In this document: positions 12,971-20,995 of the stretch, piece by piece
Numbering within the stretch: position 1 is the first letter of the stretch
Layout of the letters: every line of letters starts with the position of its first letter
DNA from: Candidatus Saccharimonadota bacterium
GTDB taxonomy: Bacteria; Patescibacteriota; Saccharimonadia; Saccharimonadales; UBA4665
Direction: 5' to 3'
DNA length: 32,000 nucleotides
Assembly (NCBI GenBank): GCA_002952755.1
Contig: CP025011.1
Coordinates: forward strand, 1,290,001-1,322,000
Translations under genes and position numbers: made by a program
The notes under the pieces: model-generated
Databases searched by the model: none
What the model saw: the letters and a program-made list of their open reading frames with translations, nothing else
Told to the model about the DNA's origin: nothing

Positions 12971-13318
12971 ATGCGAGTTAAACGTGGTGTAGCAGCCCAT
13001 CATAAGCACCTGAAGATCCGTCACGCAACATCTGGTATGACCAAATCAAACCGTTCGAGCGTTAAGCGTGGAAAGCAGGCGGTCACCAAGGCATTGCAGT
13101 TCGCGACCCGCGATCGAAAAAACCGTAAGCGTACGTTCAGAGAGCTTTGGAACGCTCGCATAAATGCTGCTGCCCGTCAGAACGGAACGACCTATAGCAA
13201 ACTTATTGCCGGCCTTAAAAAGGCTAACGTCTCGCTGGATCGTAAGGTCCTAAGCGAACTGGCCGTAAATGAGCCAAAAGCCTTCGAAGCAGTCGTAAAA
13301 ACTGCTCAAGTAGTATAA
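12971..13318 (+). CDS. rplT: 50S ribosomal protein L20
   Basis: [16 protein letters not shown]...[23 protein letters not shown], 115 aa. AGGAG SD. Confidence 0.95.
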   Translation: MRVKRGVAAHHKHLKIRHATSGMTKSNRSSVKRGKQAVTKALQFATRDRKNRKRTFRELWNARINAAARQNGTTYSKLIAGLKKANVSLDRKVLSELAVNEPKAFEAVVKTAQVV

Positions 13319-13338
13319 GTTACTAACTAACCAAAAAT

Positions 13339-13374
13339 AAATACATCTCCCGCTCGGGAGATGTATTTATTTTT
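13339..13374. terminator. bidirectional intrinsic terminator shared by rplT (+) and rnpB (-)
   Basis: 13-bp stem at 13339-13351 / 13356-13368 (AAAUACAUCUCCC / GGGAGAUGUAUUU) with a 4-nt loop. A-run on the left and T-run on the right, so each strand sees a hairpin followed by a U-tract. Confidence 0.8.
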
Positions 13375-13750
13375 GAGCCCGATTATCCGTAAGCCGGGTT
13401 CTGTTTTAACTGATCATCTATCTAGTCACGGTGTTGCCACCGAGATCAAGCGGACTTCTCTGATGGATTATGGCGGGGAACCACGAGCAAGCTCAACAAT
13501 CCATCACCTTGCAGCAGACAGGGTTTACCTTTTTACAACGTCACCGATGTAAACTATGGACTCTTACTCCACTCTTTTCACCCTTACTATGATGTATATG
13601 ATACAACGTAGCGGTTTCGTTTCTGTGGCACTTTCCCTAGAGTTTCCCCTGGTTGCCGTTAGCAACTGTCATCCCCTATGCTGCCCGGACTTTCCTCATT
13701 TCTCCAGTATCATATGAACTTAGAAATGCGATCAGCCGACGATCAGGCTC
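13375..13750 (-). ncRNA. rnpB: RNase P RNA (bacterial type A-like)
   Basis: The minus strand contains GAGGAAAGUCCGGGC (rc of 13683-13697), AGGGUGAAA, GGUAAACCC, and ACAGAACCCGGCUUA near the 3' end (rc of ~13392-13406). The 5' GAGCCUGAU (13750-13742) pairs with 3' AUCGGGCUC (13383-13375) as P1. TATAAT (13762-13757) lies 6 nt upstream of the proposed 5' end. Confidence 0.9.
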
Positions 13751-13779
13751 AAATTTATTATACCACTTATGACAAAAAA

Positions 13780-14592
13780 TTAAATAGATTCGCGCCGGCG
13801 TGCCTCGGCCTCATCGAGAGCTTCGTTGACGGCTTTATCTGCGAGTCTATTCAGCTCTCTGGGTATTTGCGTAAACGTTATTCGCTTGAACCGTGGAAGC
13901 ATGGCCATAACGGCAGCATGAATAGGCCATAGGTCACGGTTTCTAACCTTAAAAATGCCTTTTGTCTGATTGATGACCAGCATACTATCCATATAAACAT
14001 TAAGCTCTAGTACTTGCATCTTCACTGCTTCCTCTAGCCCAAGCTTTAAAGCCAAGTATTCAGCCTGATTATTTGTTGTTATCCCAAGATACGTACTATT
14101 CTTCACAACAATATTACCGTCTCGATCTTGAATTACATAACCAGCAGCCGAGGGACCCGGATTCCCTCTCGAACCACCGTCAGCATATAAATCAACGTCT
14201 CTTAGACGATCATCCTGAGTGTTTGTAGTATTCATATGAACGTCATCATCGTTGTTAAAATTAAAGCGGATCACCTTAACCGGCGTGTCGAAGCTGACCT
14301 GCGCGCCATAATACTCATGTAGCGTTGCAAGTGCCTCCTGAGAAGATCCTTGCAGACCTGCGGCCAAGTAGTCAGATTCGACCAAGTCGCGTAACTTCGT
14401 CTGGATAACCGACTCTATACGAATTGTGCCCACCATTTTCCACCTTGCAGGTTGCGACGAATCACACTTATCTACCAAAGCTACCACGTCATCTACAGAT
14501 AAATTCTTATCATCATAAAGGCGTAAGGTCGTTGTAATTTTCCCAGTCTGTATTTTCTCTGCAACTGCATGTTCTACTTTTAGTGTTTTCAT
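13780..14592 (-). CDS. ASCH-like domain fused to RNase HI-type ribonuclease H
   Basis: 270 aa. The N-terminal ~125 aa have an ASCH-like pattern (KIQTGKITTTLRL ... IRIESV ... DYLAAG ... VKVIRFNF). The C-terminal half carries RNase H catalytic blocks (LYADGGSRGNPGPSAAGYVI, NNQAEYLALKLGLEEA, VYMDSMLVINQ, ELNRLADKAVNEAL). Confidence 0.8.
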   Translation of the reverse strand: MKTLKVEHAVAEKIQTGKITTTLRLYDDKNLSVDDVVALVDKCDSSQPARWKMVGTIRIESVIQTKLRDLVESDYLAAGLQGSSQEALATLHEYYGAQVSFDTPVKVIRFNFNNDDDVHMNTTNTQDDRLRDVDLYADGGSRGNPGPSAAGYVIQDRDGNIVVKNSTYLGITTNNQAEYLALKLGLEEAVKMQVLELNVYMDSMLVINQTKGIFKVRNRDLWPIHAAVMAMLPRFKRITFTQIPRELNRLADKAVNEALDEAEARRRESI

Positions 14593-14803
14593 ATACTAGA
14601 CGCAGTATAGCAGAGGCCGTATGGCTTACACATTCGCCCTCAGCGAATGCATATGGTGAGGGAAATTCGTCCGAATAACGAAGCCCACGCGCGGAATCAG
14701 AGAAACGCCTCCGACTTCCTTAGAGTGGATACTTCTGCCTCCTGAAGGTACTGAGACTTGAGCGACTCTCCCTAGTAGAGTAGTCTTGCCCGTAGATAGC
14801 AAG

Positions 14804-14831
14804 AACCCGCGACCTCGAAAGGTCGCGGGTT
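14804..14831 (-). other. 12-bp UUCG-capped hairpin immediately downstream of tRNA-Pro
   Basis: Minus strand reads AACCCGCGACCU-UUCG-AGGUCGCGGGUU. No U-tract follows, so it is not a canonical terminator. Its 3' arm copies 14 of 15 nt of the tRNA-Pro variable/T-arm segment. Confidence 0.6.
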
Positions 14832-14846
14832 CAGGAGCATCCGCTC

Positions 14847-14922
14847 TGGTCGGGGTGACAGGACTTGAACCTGCGACCTCACGGCCCCCAGCCGTACGCG
14901 CTACCAACTGCGCTACACCCCG
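14847..14922 (-). tRNA. tRNA-Pro (anticodon GGG), CCA encoded
   Basis: Manual cloverleaf: CGGGGTG TA GCGC AGTTGGTA GCGC G TACGG CTGGGGG CCGTG AGGTC GCAGG TTCAAGT CCTGT CACCCCG A CCA. Confidence 0.93.
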
Positions 14923-15103
14923 AAAAATACATAACACAAAGCTGGACGTGGACCGATATGATTAACCCGGCATTAACCAGGTGGGTGTCTTCACGCAACA
15001 ACCACGGTTGGTGCAAATATCAGGCTCCCGCTATTAATCAATATTCAGATAATCAATTGTTCGGCCCATTGCCCAGCGTTTTTATTATACCGTATATACA
15101 CGA

Positions 15104-15733
15104 TTACCGCAGCAAAAACGAATATATGTCGCTTACGAGATTACTTACAAACGGGCTAATAACCGGCGAGAGAATAATGAGAAGGGGGATAGCCAAGCCT
15201 AGACCGGCTGCTTCAAACTGATACATCAACCGCTGCAACGGCTCTGGGGCAAAGGCATATAGTAGTCTAGAGCCGTCCAAGGGCGGCAGAGGCAATAGGT
15301 TAAAAACAAACAAGAATAGATTTATTTCTATAAAAATCATTACAGACTCGCCGATAGTCGAAAATGTGGACCACTTGCATAAACGAAAAATAAGAGCGGC
15401 AATGACGGCAAGTAGCAGGTTAGCGAATGGGCCAGCCAAGCCCACTAATGCAGCACCAAACTCGTTGTAGCGTACATTGCGGGGATCAAACGGTACCGGC
15501 TTAGCAACGAAAATGGGTGGCATGTGCAGCAGTATCAATACTGTCGGCAAAAGGATAGTAAGCACTAGGTCTACGTGCTTTAAGGGGTTCAGGGTTAACC
15601 TGCCTGCCTCTTCAGCAGTCGTATCACCTAAGTACCAAGCAACTACACCATGCATCATTTCGTGAAACGAAATGGATATAGTCATGGCTGCGACTACTAC
15701 TATAAGGTAGCCGTAGGATAGATCACCGAACAT
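15104..15733 (-). CDS. site-2 protease family (peptidase M50) intramembrane metalloprotease
   Basis: 209 aa, polytopic. HEMMHG (HExxH) in TM1 and FNLLPLPPLDGSRL (NxxPxxxLDG) hallmark. Confidence 0.88.
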   Translation of the reverse strand: MFGDLSYGYLIVVVAAMTISISFHEMMHGVVAWYLGDTTAEEAGRLTLNPLKHVDLVLTILLPTVLILLHMPPIFVAKPVPFDPRNVRYNEFGAALVGLAGPFANLLLAVIAALIFRLCKWSTFSTIGESVMIFIEINLFLFVFNLLPLPPLDGSRLLYAFAPEPLQRLMYQFEAAGLGLAIPLLIILSPVISPFVSNLVSDIYSFLLR

Positions 15734-15765
15734 AAGCTACAGTATACCAAACCTGGCACATTCTG

Positions 15766-15794
15766 TTGACTTGAGAAGAAAAAACCGCTAAAAT
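15766..15794 (+). promoter_or_regulatory. candidate rpmB promoter
   Basis: TTGACT (15766-15771), 17-nt spacer, TAAAAT (15789-15794). Confidence 0.55.
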
Positions 15795-15818
15795 AACTAT
15801 CTGAATAAAGGATACGTG

Positions 15819-16031
15819 ATGCGTAAGTGTGATATAACTGGCAAAGGAAGACAAACTGGTAATAATGTCAGCTTCTCTCAACGCCATACGAAGAAGGTAT
15901 GGTGGCCAAATCTGCAAAAGAAGACCCTAATTATCGACGGTAAAAAGGTAACCCTAAAAGTTAGTACGCAAGCTCTTCGTACCCTTAAGAAGAAAGGCCT
16001 GTTAGCACCCGCAGTGCCGACTGCCAAATAA
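15819..16031 (+). CDS. rpmB: 50S ribosomal protein L28
   Basis: MRKCDITGKGRQTGNNVSFSQRHTKKVWWPNLQKK... AAAGGA SD lies 6 nt before ATG 15819. The track start GTG 15816 is one codon upstream. Confidence 0.93.
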   Translation: MRKCDITGKGRQTGNNVSFSQRHTKKVWWPNLQKKTLIIDGKKVTLKVSTQALRTLKKKGLLAPAVPTAK

Positions 16032-16051
16032 AGCAGACTCAGCGGTTCTAC

Positions 16052-16088
16052 AAATAGCTGCAAGCGAAACGTGCAGCTATTTTTATTT
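16052..16088. terminator. intrinsic terminator between convergent rpmB and the MBL-fold gene
   Basis: 11-bp stem AAAUAGCUGCA / UGCAGCUAUUU (16052-16062 / 16072-16082), followed by UUAUUUG. Confidence 0.7.
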
Positions 16089-16097
16089 GCGTTGTTT

Positions 16098-16727
16098 TTA
16101 TGAGCTTTTTTCCATAACGATGAGCTGCGTTGTATCGCTTAGCTCGGTGGGCTTAAAGCGGGCTCTAGTAATTGTCTCTTTAGGCTCCATAGCCAGCGCT
16201 TTTAATGCGCTTTCAAGGGGCTGCTGCGGCACGGGGAATGTCATTTTAGGATCGTCATAGTGGGTAGGTACGACGACTTTTGGTTCTACCTTTTTAATCA
16301 GTTTAAGCGCACCTACACCATCTAGCGTGTAGCCATTGCCACCGACGGGCACAAACATAATATCTATCATACCGATCAACTCAAGCTGTGCATCGCTTAA
16401 TTCTGGATACACGTGGCCGGTCACTAAGATGCTTAGATCGTCGGAAATGATCTTATACATCGTCGCAGTCTTTTGTGAGTCAGTATCAATGTGCGCTCGT
16501 GCGGCTATACCATACACTGAAATACCCGACACTTCATACTCGCCAGGCTGATCAATAATAAGTCTTGCCTTCTGGACTGGGACGGCATGCGCGCTTGTGA
16601 ACAAGGCTATATCTCCTTCCTTAGCGACGCTTTTGCCACCCATATCGACAAGATTATCGTCAATAACTATTCGAGCTTGCTTAGCTGTCAGAACGATACA
16701 GTTTGCCCCATAATATTGTGCGTCCAT
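16098..16727 (-). CDS. MBL-fold (beta-lactamase-like) metal-dependent hydrolase family protein, degenerate His motif
   Basis: 209 aa. Overall pattern resembles UPF0173/UlaG-like small MBL proteins (..ILVTGHVYPELSD.., ..VVVPTHYDD). The canonical HxHxDH motif is not intact. Motif-level call only. Confidence 0.6.
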   Translation of the reverse strand: MDAQYYGANCIVLTAKQARIVIDDNLVDMGGKSVAKEGDIALFTSAHAVPVQKARLIIDQPGEYEVSGISVYGIAARAHIDTDSQKTATMYKIISDDLSILVTGHVYPELSDAQLELIGMIDIMFVPVGGNGYTLDGVGALKLIKKVEPKVVVPTHYDDPKMTFPVPQQPLESALKALAMEPKETITRARFKPTELSDTTQLIVMEKSS

Positions 16728-16753
16728 ACTTCTACAACTCTCCTTCTAAAAAA

Positions 16754-17359
16754 CTAAAATATCTCGTTTTTATCTATTAAGACCTGCTTCTTAGCGGCCA
16801 ACACAGTACTTATAAAACGATCCTTAATTTGACGCCGATAATTAAATTCCTGGGACGGCATGACAGTATATCTGATATCTTTACCTTCCTGAGCTTCAAG
16901 TTCAGACATGAATCTTTGCAAAGCGTGCTGATTAACGTCACCAACGATAAGCGCGTCTATGCCACTAGAATCATCCCGTGTGAACTGACCAGTATAGAGA
17001 GCAAGCTCCACGTTTCCCAAGGCCTTTATCTTTTCGCTCTCTGTATTTTGGGCATGCGGAGTAGCCTTTTTAACATTTTGGTCATCCGCGATGTGAGCCC
17101 CCTGCCCAAAGATAGCACGTAAGGGCTGGTAGAATTCATATTCTTGATTCACCTCATAGTACAAGCGATTATTCGTTGTATCTGAGGCAATGATCCCAAT
17201 ACTTAAAAGATTGGCTAGTTCACGGCGGACAGAATTAATTTGCTCGTCGATCTTGCGGGTAATTTCGCGAACATAAAACGCCCGATTAGGGTTACTGCAG
17301 AAAAGCTGGAGAAGCTTTACCCTCGTCTTCGACCCAAACAGTTGCTCAATCATGAACAT
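16754..17359 (-). CDS. winged-helix (ArsR/MarR-like) transcriptional regulator with an uncharacterised C-terminal domain
   Basis: The N-terminus LFGSKTRVKLLQLFCSNPNRAFYVREITRKIDEQINSVRRELANLLSIGII is a typical wHTH. Start could be M1 or M3 (17353). Confidence 0.65.
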   Translation of the reverse strand: MFMIEQLFGSKTRVKLLQLFCSNPNRAFYVREITRKIDEQINSVRRELANLLSIGIIASDTTNNRLYYEVNQEYEFYQPLRAIFGQGAHIADDQNVKKATPHAQNTESEKIKALGNVELALYTGQFTRDDSSGIDALIVGDVNQHALQRFMSELEAQEGKDIRYTVMPSQEFNYRRQIKDRFISTVLAAKKQVLIDKNEIF

Positions 17360-17390
17360 ATAGTAGCAAACTTAGCGTCTTAGTTATAGG

Positions 17391-18266
17391 TTATTTGTTC
17401 AAGAACGTTGTAACTAGATCTACGGCCTGCTCCACTTTACTGATCCAAATAATCTCATCGCTGCGTTTGAACCAGGTCAATTGACGCTTAGCCAGTGCCC
17501 TTGTATGAGCTTCGATACTCTGTACAACTTCTTTTAGTGAAAGACGCCCTTCATCGTAATCATAAAACTCTTGATATCCAATCGTGCTACGAAGTATAGA
17601 ATTATTCCAGCCATATGTATCTACAAGGCCATACACTTCTTGCTCAAGACCCATCTCCAGCATGCTCTCAGTTCTCAGTCGAATGTTCCTAAATAGCTCC
17701 TCCCTTGGTATATCGAGGCCGAGCGTCAAGGAGTTCGAACGAATGGGCTTGTTCTCGTTAAGCACTTTTCCAGTCTCAAGGACGGCGATAAGATGACGTG
17801 GATTCTTACTATTTACGGGCATGGCGAGGCCGCGCTCACGAATCAAAGCCTGCAGCTCGCGAACAGATAAACCTGTCAGGGCCTTCCGGAGGAGTAGATC
17901 CGGGGCCCTGAAACTAAAGTCATGTAAAACCGAGTCGATGTATAGACCTGTGCCACCAACAAGAATCGGTAGTGCCCCTTTCCCTGCCGCTTCGCGGATC
18001 GCTGCTTCGGCCTCGCGTTTGTAGTCAGCTACAGTGAAAGACTGATCCAGGCATACAAGGTCTATCATATAGTGAGGAATTCGGCGCCTATCACTCAATA
18101 TGGGTTTAGCCGTTCCTATGTCCATACCAACAAATACCGTTCTTGAGTCGCCGGCAATTATACTGCCAGCAAAATGTTCCGCAAGAGCTAACCCTAACGC
18201 TGTCTTCCCTGAAGCGGTCGGGCCTACAAGGGTAACTAAAGGAGGGTTGTCTGTGATGGATTCCAT
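17391..18266 (-). CDS. miaA: tRNA dimethylallyltransferase
   Basis: 291 aa. P-loop VGPTASGKTALGLALA, DSRTVFVGMDIGTAKP, and IPHYMID blocks. Confidence 0.92.
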   Translation of the reverse strand: MESITDNPPLVTLVGPTASGKTALGLALAEHFAGSIIAGDSRTVFVGMDIGTAKPILSDRRRIPHYMIDLVCLDQSFTVADYKREAEAAIREAAGKGALPILVGGTGLYIDSVLHDFSFRAPDLLLRKALTGLSVRELQALIRERGLAMPVNSKNPRHLIAVLETGKVLNENKPIRSNSLTLGLDIPREELFRNIRLRTESMLEMGLEQEVYGLVDTYGWNNSILRSTIGYQEFYDYDEGRLSLKEVVQSIEAHTRALAKRQLTWFKRSDEIIWISKVEQAVDLVTTFLNK

Positions 18267-18571
18267 AGTAGTCTTTGTATATCTACCGTGAAGTCTTCAG
18301 ACACAACAACACCCTCTGCCCTAAGGAGTGCTGCATGGGCCGCTCGGCCACCACCCGGCCACCCGGCAGCCAATCCCCCTTGTTTGTTGACCACTCTCTG
18401 CCATGGCAAATCACTGGGCCCTGTATGTGCGATCTGCCCGACCTCCCAAGCAGCCCAGGCGGCACCACACAGAGCAGCAATCTGTCCATATGTCATACAG
18501 CGCCCCGAGGGAATCTGCGCAACGAGCGCATAGACCCGCTTAGCAAAATCCTCATCAACCCTGGTCATCAA
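18236..18571 (-). CDS. alkyltransferase-like (ATL) protein: MGMT DNA-binding fold lacking the acceptor Cys
   Basis: 111 aa. IPSGRCMTYGQIA helix-turn-helix block. The position of the MGMT PCHRV active site reads PWQRVV (Cys to Trp), as in YbaZ/Atl1-type proteins. Overlaps miaA by 31 nt. Confidence 0.75.
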   Translation of the reverse strand: MMTRVDEDFAKRVYALVAQIPSGRCMTYGQIAALCGAAWAAWEVGQIAHTGPSDLPWQRVVNKQGGLAAGWPGGGRAAHAALLRAEGVVVSEDFTVDIQRLLWNPSQTTLL

Positions 18572-19169
18572 AATACCTCCCTACCTCAATCCAATTCGCT
18601 ACCCGCACCACCTCTTCCGGTAGGCTACAATCCTCTTGGTTCCAACTATACTCGCCAAAAAGCAAGGCCGCGACGCCACCGCTATGAGCATCAATGCAAT
18701 GCTTGGGTTGGTCGTCTATTAAATAGGAAGCACCAATCCTATGACAAATATCACGTTTCGTTCTGGATAGTGACCGCTCAACAGTATGCGTATCGTCATC
18801 CCAGATCCCAGCGTACTCCAGGCCGCTAAATACGTCTGGGAAGTGTTGGTTTAGCCATGCTCTCGTGTCTAAATCCACCACCCGGCGTCTCGATGTTACT
18901 AGAATAATAGAATATCTTTTACTAAGATTGCTTAGCACCTTGTGGGCTCCATAGAGTGGACGATAGGTTCTCATTACACCATCTTTATGATAACCGGCTG
19001 CGCGGGCTACCGCTTCCTCGGTGGATATACCCCAGACGGCGGCCCAATCTTCTTGGTAATCGTCGGCTGTCAGTGAGGTACCCCATTGACGGTTACTGTA
19101 ATTCGCGAAGCCCTCAGCACTGGCCGCAAGAACATCGTCGATATCTAACGCTATCACTGGACGCCTCAT
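18555..19169 (-). CDS. HAD-superfamily phosphatase, 5'(3')-deoxyribonucleotidase-like
   Basis: 204 aa. N-terminal motif I VIALDIDDVLA, later ILVTSR and YLIDDQPKH (motifs II/III). Subfamily call is tentative. Confidence 0.6.
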   Translation of the reverse strand: MRRPVIALDIDDVLAASAEGFANYSNRQWGTSLTADDYQEDWAAVWGISTEEAVARAAGYHKDGVMRTYRPLYGAHKVLSNLSKRYSIILVTSRRRVVDLDTRAWLNQHFPDVFSGLEYAGIWDDDTHTVERSLSRTKRDICHRIGASYLIDDQPKHCIDAHSGGVAALLFGEYSWNQEDCSLPEEVVRVANWIEVGRYFDDQG

Positions 19170-19181
19170 TACATTGCCACC

Positions 19182-20972
19182 TTACAGCGAAGTTTTACTC
19201 ACCCTAGACTTAGCCTCGTGAGCTACTGTCTTCAAAAACTCATCAACAGTCTGCGGCTGGTGAGCGATATCGTTTACTTCCATGTCCTGGCGAATACGAG
19301 CCAATAGCTCTCCCGTTTCTAATTCTTTACCGCCAATAACAACTGTATAGGGAATTTTCATGAGCTCTGCATTACGAATCTTTTTACCAACTGATTCGTT
19401 GTCGGCATCGACCATAACGCGTAAACCCAACTCTTTCGCTTTGCGAGAAATCTCACGGGCAAAGTGCAGGATTGGCTCATCCTGGTTGAGCGTCAAAATG
19501 CGTATCTGTTCTGGTGCGAGCCATACAGGAAATCTTCCGGCCACGTGTTCGATATACACCGACAAAAAGCGCTCAATCGAGCCCATAATAGCAGCGTGGA
19601 TCATGAGAATGCGCTCACGCTCGCCTCCTTCGTTTATACAAGTGAGGTCAAACCCTTCTGGTTGATTAAAATCAAGCTGAATTGTGGCCACTTGATGCTC
19701 GCGACCAAGAGCGTCCTTAGCCATAAAATCAATCTTGGGGCCATAAAAGGCTGCTTCACCCACGCCAGCTATGTAATCATCCCCCACTTTCTGCCGAATA
19801 AGGCGTAGCAATTGCTCCTCGGTATTCGCCCATCTTTCTTTACTACCAGAGTAGGCGTCCAGATGCTCAGGGTCGTGTGTCGAAAAACGGATCCGCAACT
19901 CAAAACCAAAAATGCCATAAAAGCGGTCTACGATATCCCATATCTTTAAAACTTCTGCTTCCACGTGCTCGGTCCGGCAAAAAACGTGAGCATCATCCTG
20001 CGTAAAGGCACGCAATCGACTCAGGCCGGATAATTCACCGGTTTGCTCGTCGCGATAACATGCGGTCGTTTCACGGTAACGAACTGGCAGCTCTTTATAG
20101 GATCGGGAGCGAGCTGCATAGAGTTGTGTATGGTGCGGACAATTCATAGGCTTCATGGCAAACTCATGGCCTTCCCGGGTAGTAATCCGGAAAAGCTCCT
20201 CTTCGAATTTCTTCCAATGACCGCTTGCGATGTATGCGTCCTTCTTCGTAATGTGGGGAATAGTTACTTCTTGGTATTCGTACTCATCGCGCATCTCTTG
20301 AACAAAAGCATCCAACTGACGTCGTAGTACGGTGCCCCGAGGCGTAAAAAGAGGCAGCCCGGCGCCAATAAGGTCTGAAAAAACAAAAAGATCTAGCTCT
20401 TGTCCAAGCTTACGATGGTCGCGCTTTTTTGCCTCTTCCATCATGGCTAAATGGCCTTTTAGAGCCTCTGGGGACTCAAAGGCAATACCATATATCCTCT
20501 GGAGCTGCTGTTTCTCCTCGTCGCCACGCCAATAAGCCCCGCTCACGCGAGTAAGCTTAAACGACCGAGGTGCAATGCTTCGAGCATCATCGACATGGCC
20601 GCCGCGACAAAGATCCACAAAGACGCCCGAAGTATAAACTGTAATTGGGATATTTTTAGTGGCCAGCTCTTCTAGTAATTCGAGTTTATAGGGGTTCCAA
20701 GCGAATAACTTACGCCCCTCTTCAGCCGTTACTTCCCTGCAATCAAATGTTGACCATGACTTTAATATCTCGCGCATCTTTTGCTCGATCCTTGGCAAAT
20801 CCTCTTCAGATAAAGGGTCCGGCATTTCGAAGTCCGTATAGAAACCGCCCTCTATGGCCGGACCAATGGTGTTTTTGGCTCCAGGATATAACTCTAGCAC
20901 TGCCGCTGCAAGTAAGTGCGCCAAACTATGGCGAATACTTGCCATGTAATCGTTTTCATTCTTACCAGCCAT
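19182..20972 (-). CDS. thrS: threonine--tRNA ligase (no N-terminal TGS domain)
   Basis: 596 aa. Starts in the editing/SAD domain (IRHSLAHLLAAAV). Class II core FAMKPMNCPHH, RYRETTACYRDE, LRAFTQDDAHVF. C-terminal anticodon-binding domain. AAAGGAG SD 7 nt upstream. Confidence 0.96.
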   Translation of the reverse strand: MAGKNENDYMASIRHSLAHLLAAAVLELYPGAKNTIGPAIEGGFYTDFEMPDPLSEEDLPRIEQKMREILKSWSTFDCREVTAEEGRKLFAWNPYKLELLEELATKNIPITVYTSGVFVDLCRGGHVDDARSIAPRSFKLTRVSGAYWRGDEEKQQLQRIYGIAFESPEALKGHLAMMEEAKKRDHRKLGQELDLFVFSDLIGAGLPLFTPRGTVLRRQLDAFVQEMRDEYEYQEVTIPHITKKDAYIASGHWKKFEEELFRITTREGHEFAMKPMNCPHHTQLYAARSRSYKELPVRYRETTACYRDEQTGELSGLSRLRAFTQDDAHVFCRTEHVEAEVLKIWDIVDRFYGIFGFELRIRFSTHDPEHLDAYSGSKERWANTEEQLLRLIRQKVGDDYIAGVGEAAFYGPKIDFMAKDALGREHQVATIQLDFNQPEGFDLTCINEGGERERILMIHAAIMGSIERFLSVYIEHVAGRFPVWLAPEQIRILTLNQDEPILHFAREISRKAKELGLRVMVDADNESVGKKIRNAELMKIPYTVVIGGKELETGELLARIRQDMEVNDIAHQPQTVDEFLKTVAHEAKSRVSKTSL

Positions 20973-20995
20973 CGAGTAACTCCTTTAGTCGTTAT

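Noticed and set aside
13361-13932. Track ORFs 13361..13552(+) and 13678..13932(+)
   Set aside because: They overlap the RNase P RNA gene and the 3' end of the RNase H CDS on the opposite strand. The conserved rnpB blocks explain the region.
14593-14846. Tested the tRNA-Pro downstream spacer as SRP (4.5S) RNA, tmRNA or 6S RNA
   Set aside because: It has no GGAA/AGCA domain-IV arrangement, no tRNA-like acceptor/T-arm pair with a tag ORF, and no long end-to-end pairing. It is kept only as an unassigned structured region.
14626-15221. Track ORFs 14626..14937(-) and 14865..15221(+)
   Set aside because: Both run through tRNA-Pro and noncoding flanks. They have Arg/Gly-rich or odd composition and no SD or promoter context.
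18275-18829. 184-aa plus-strand ORF, plus 18288..18533
   Set aside because: They are antisense to the ATL and HAD genes, Pro/Ser/Arg-rich as is typical of the reverse frame of a moderately GC-rich CDS, and lack start signals.
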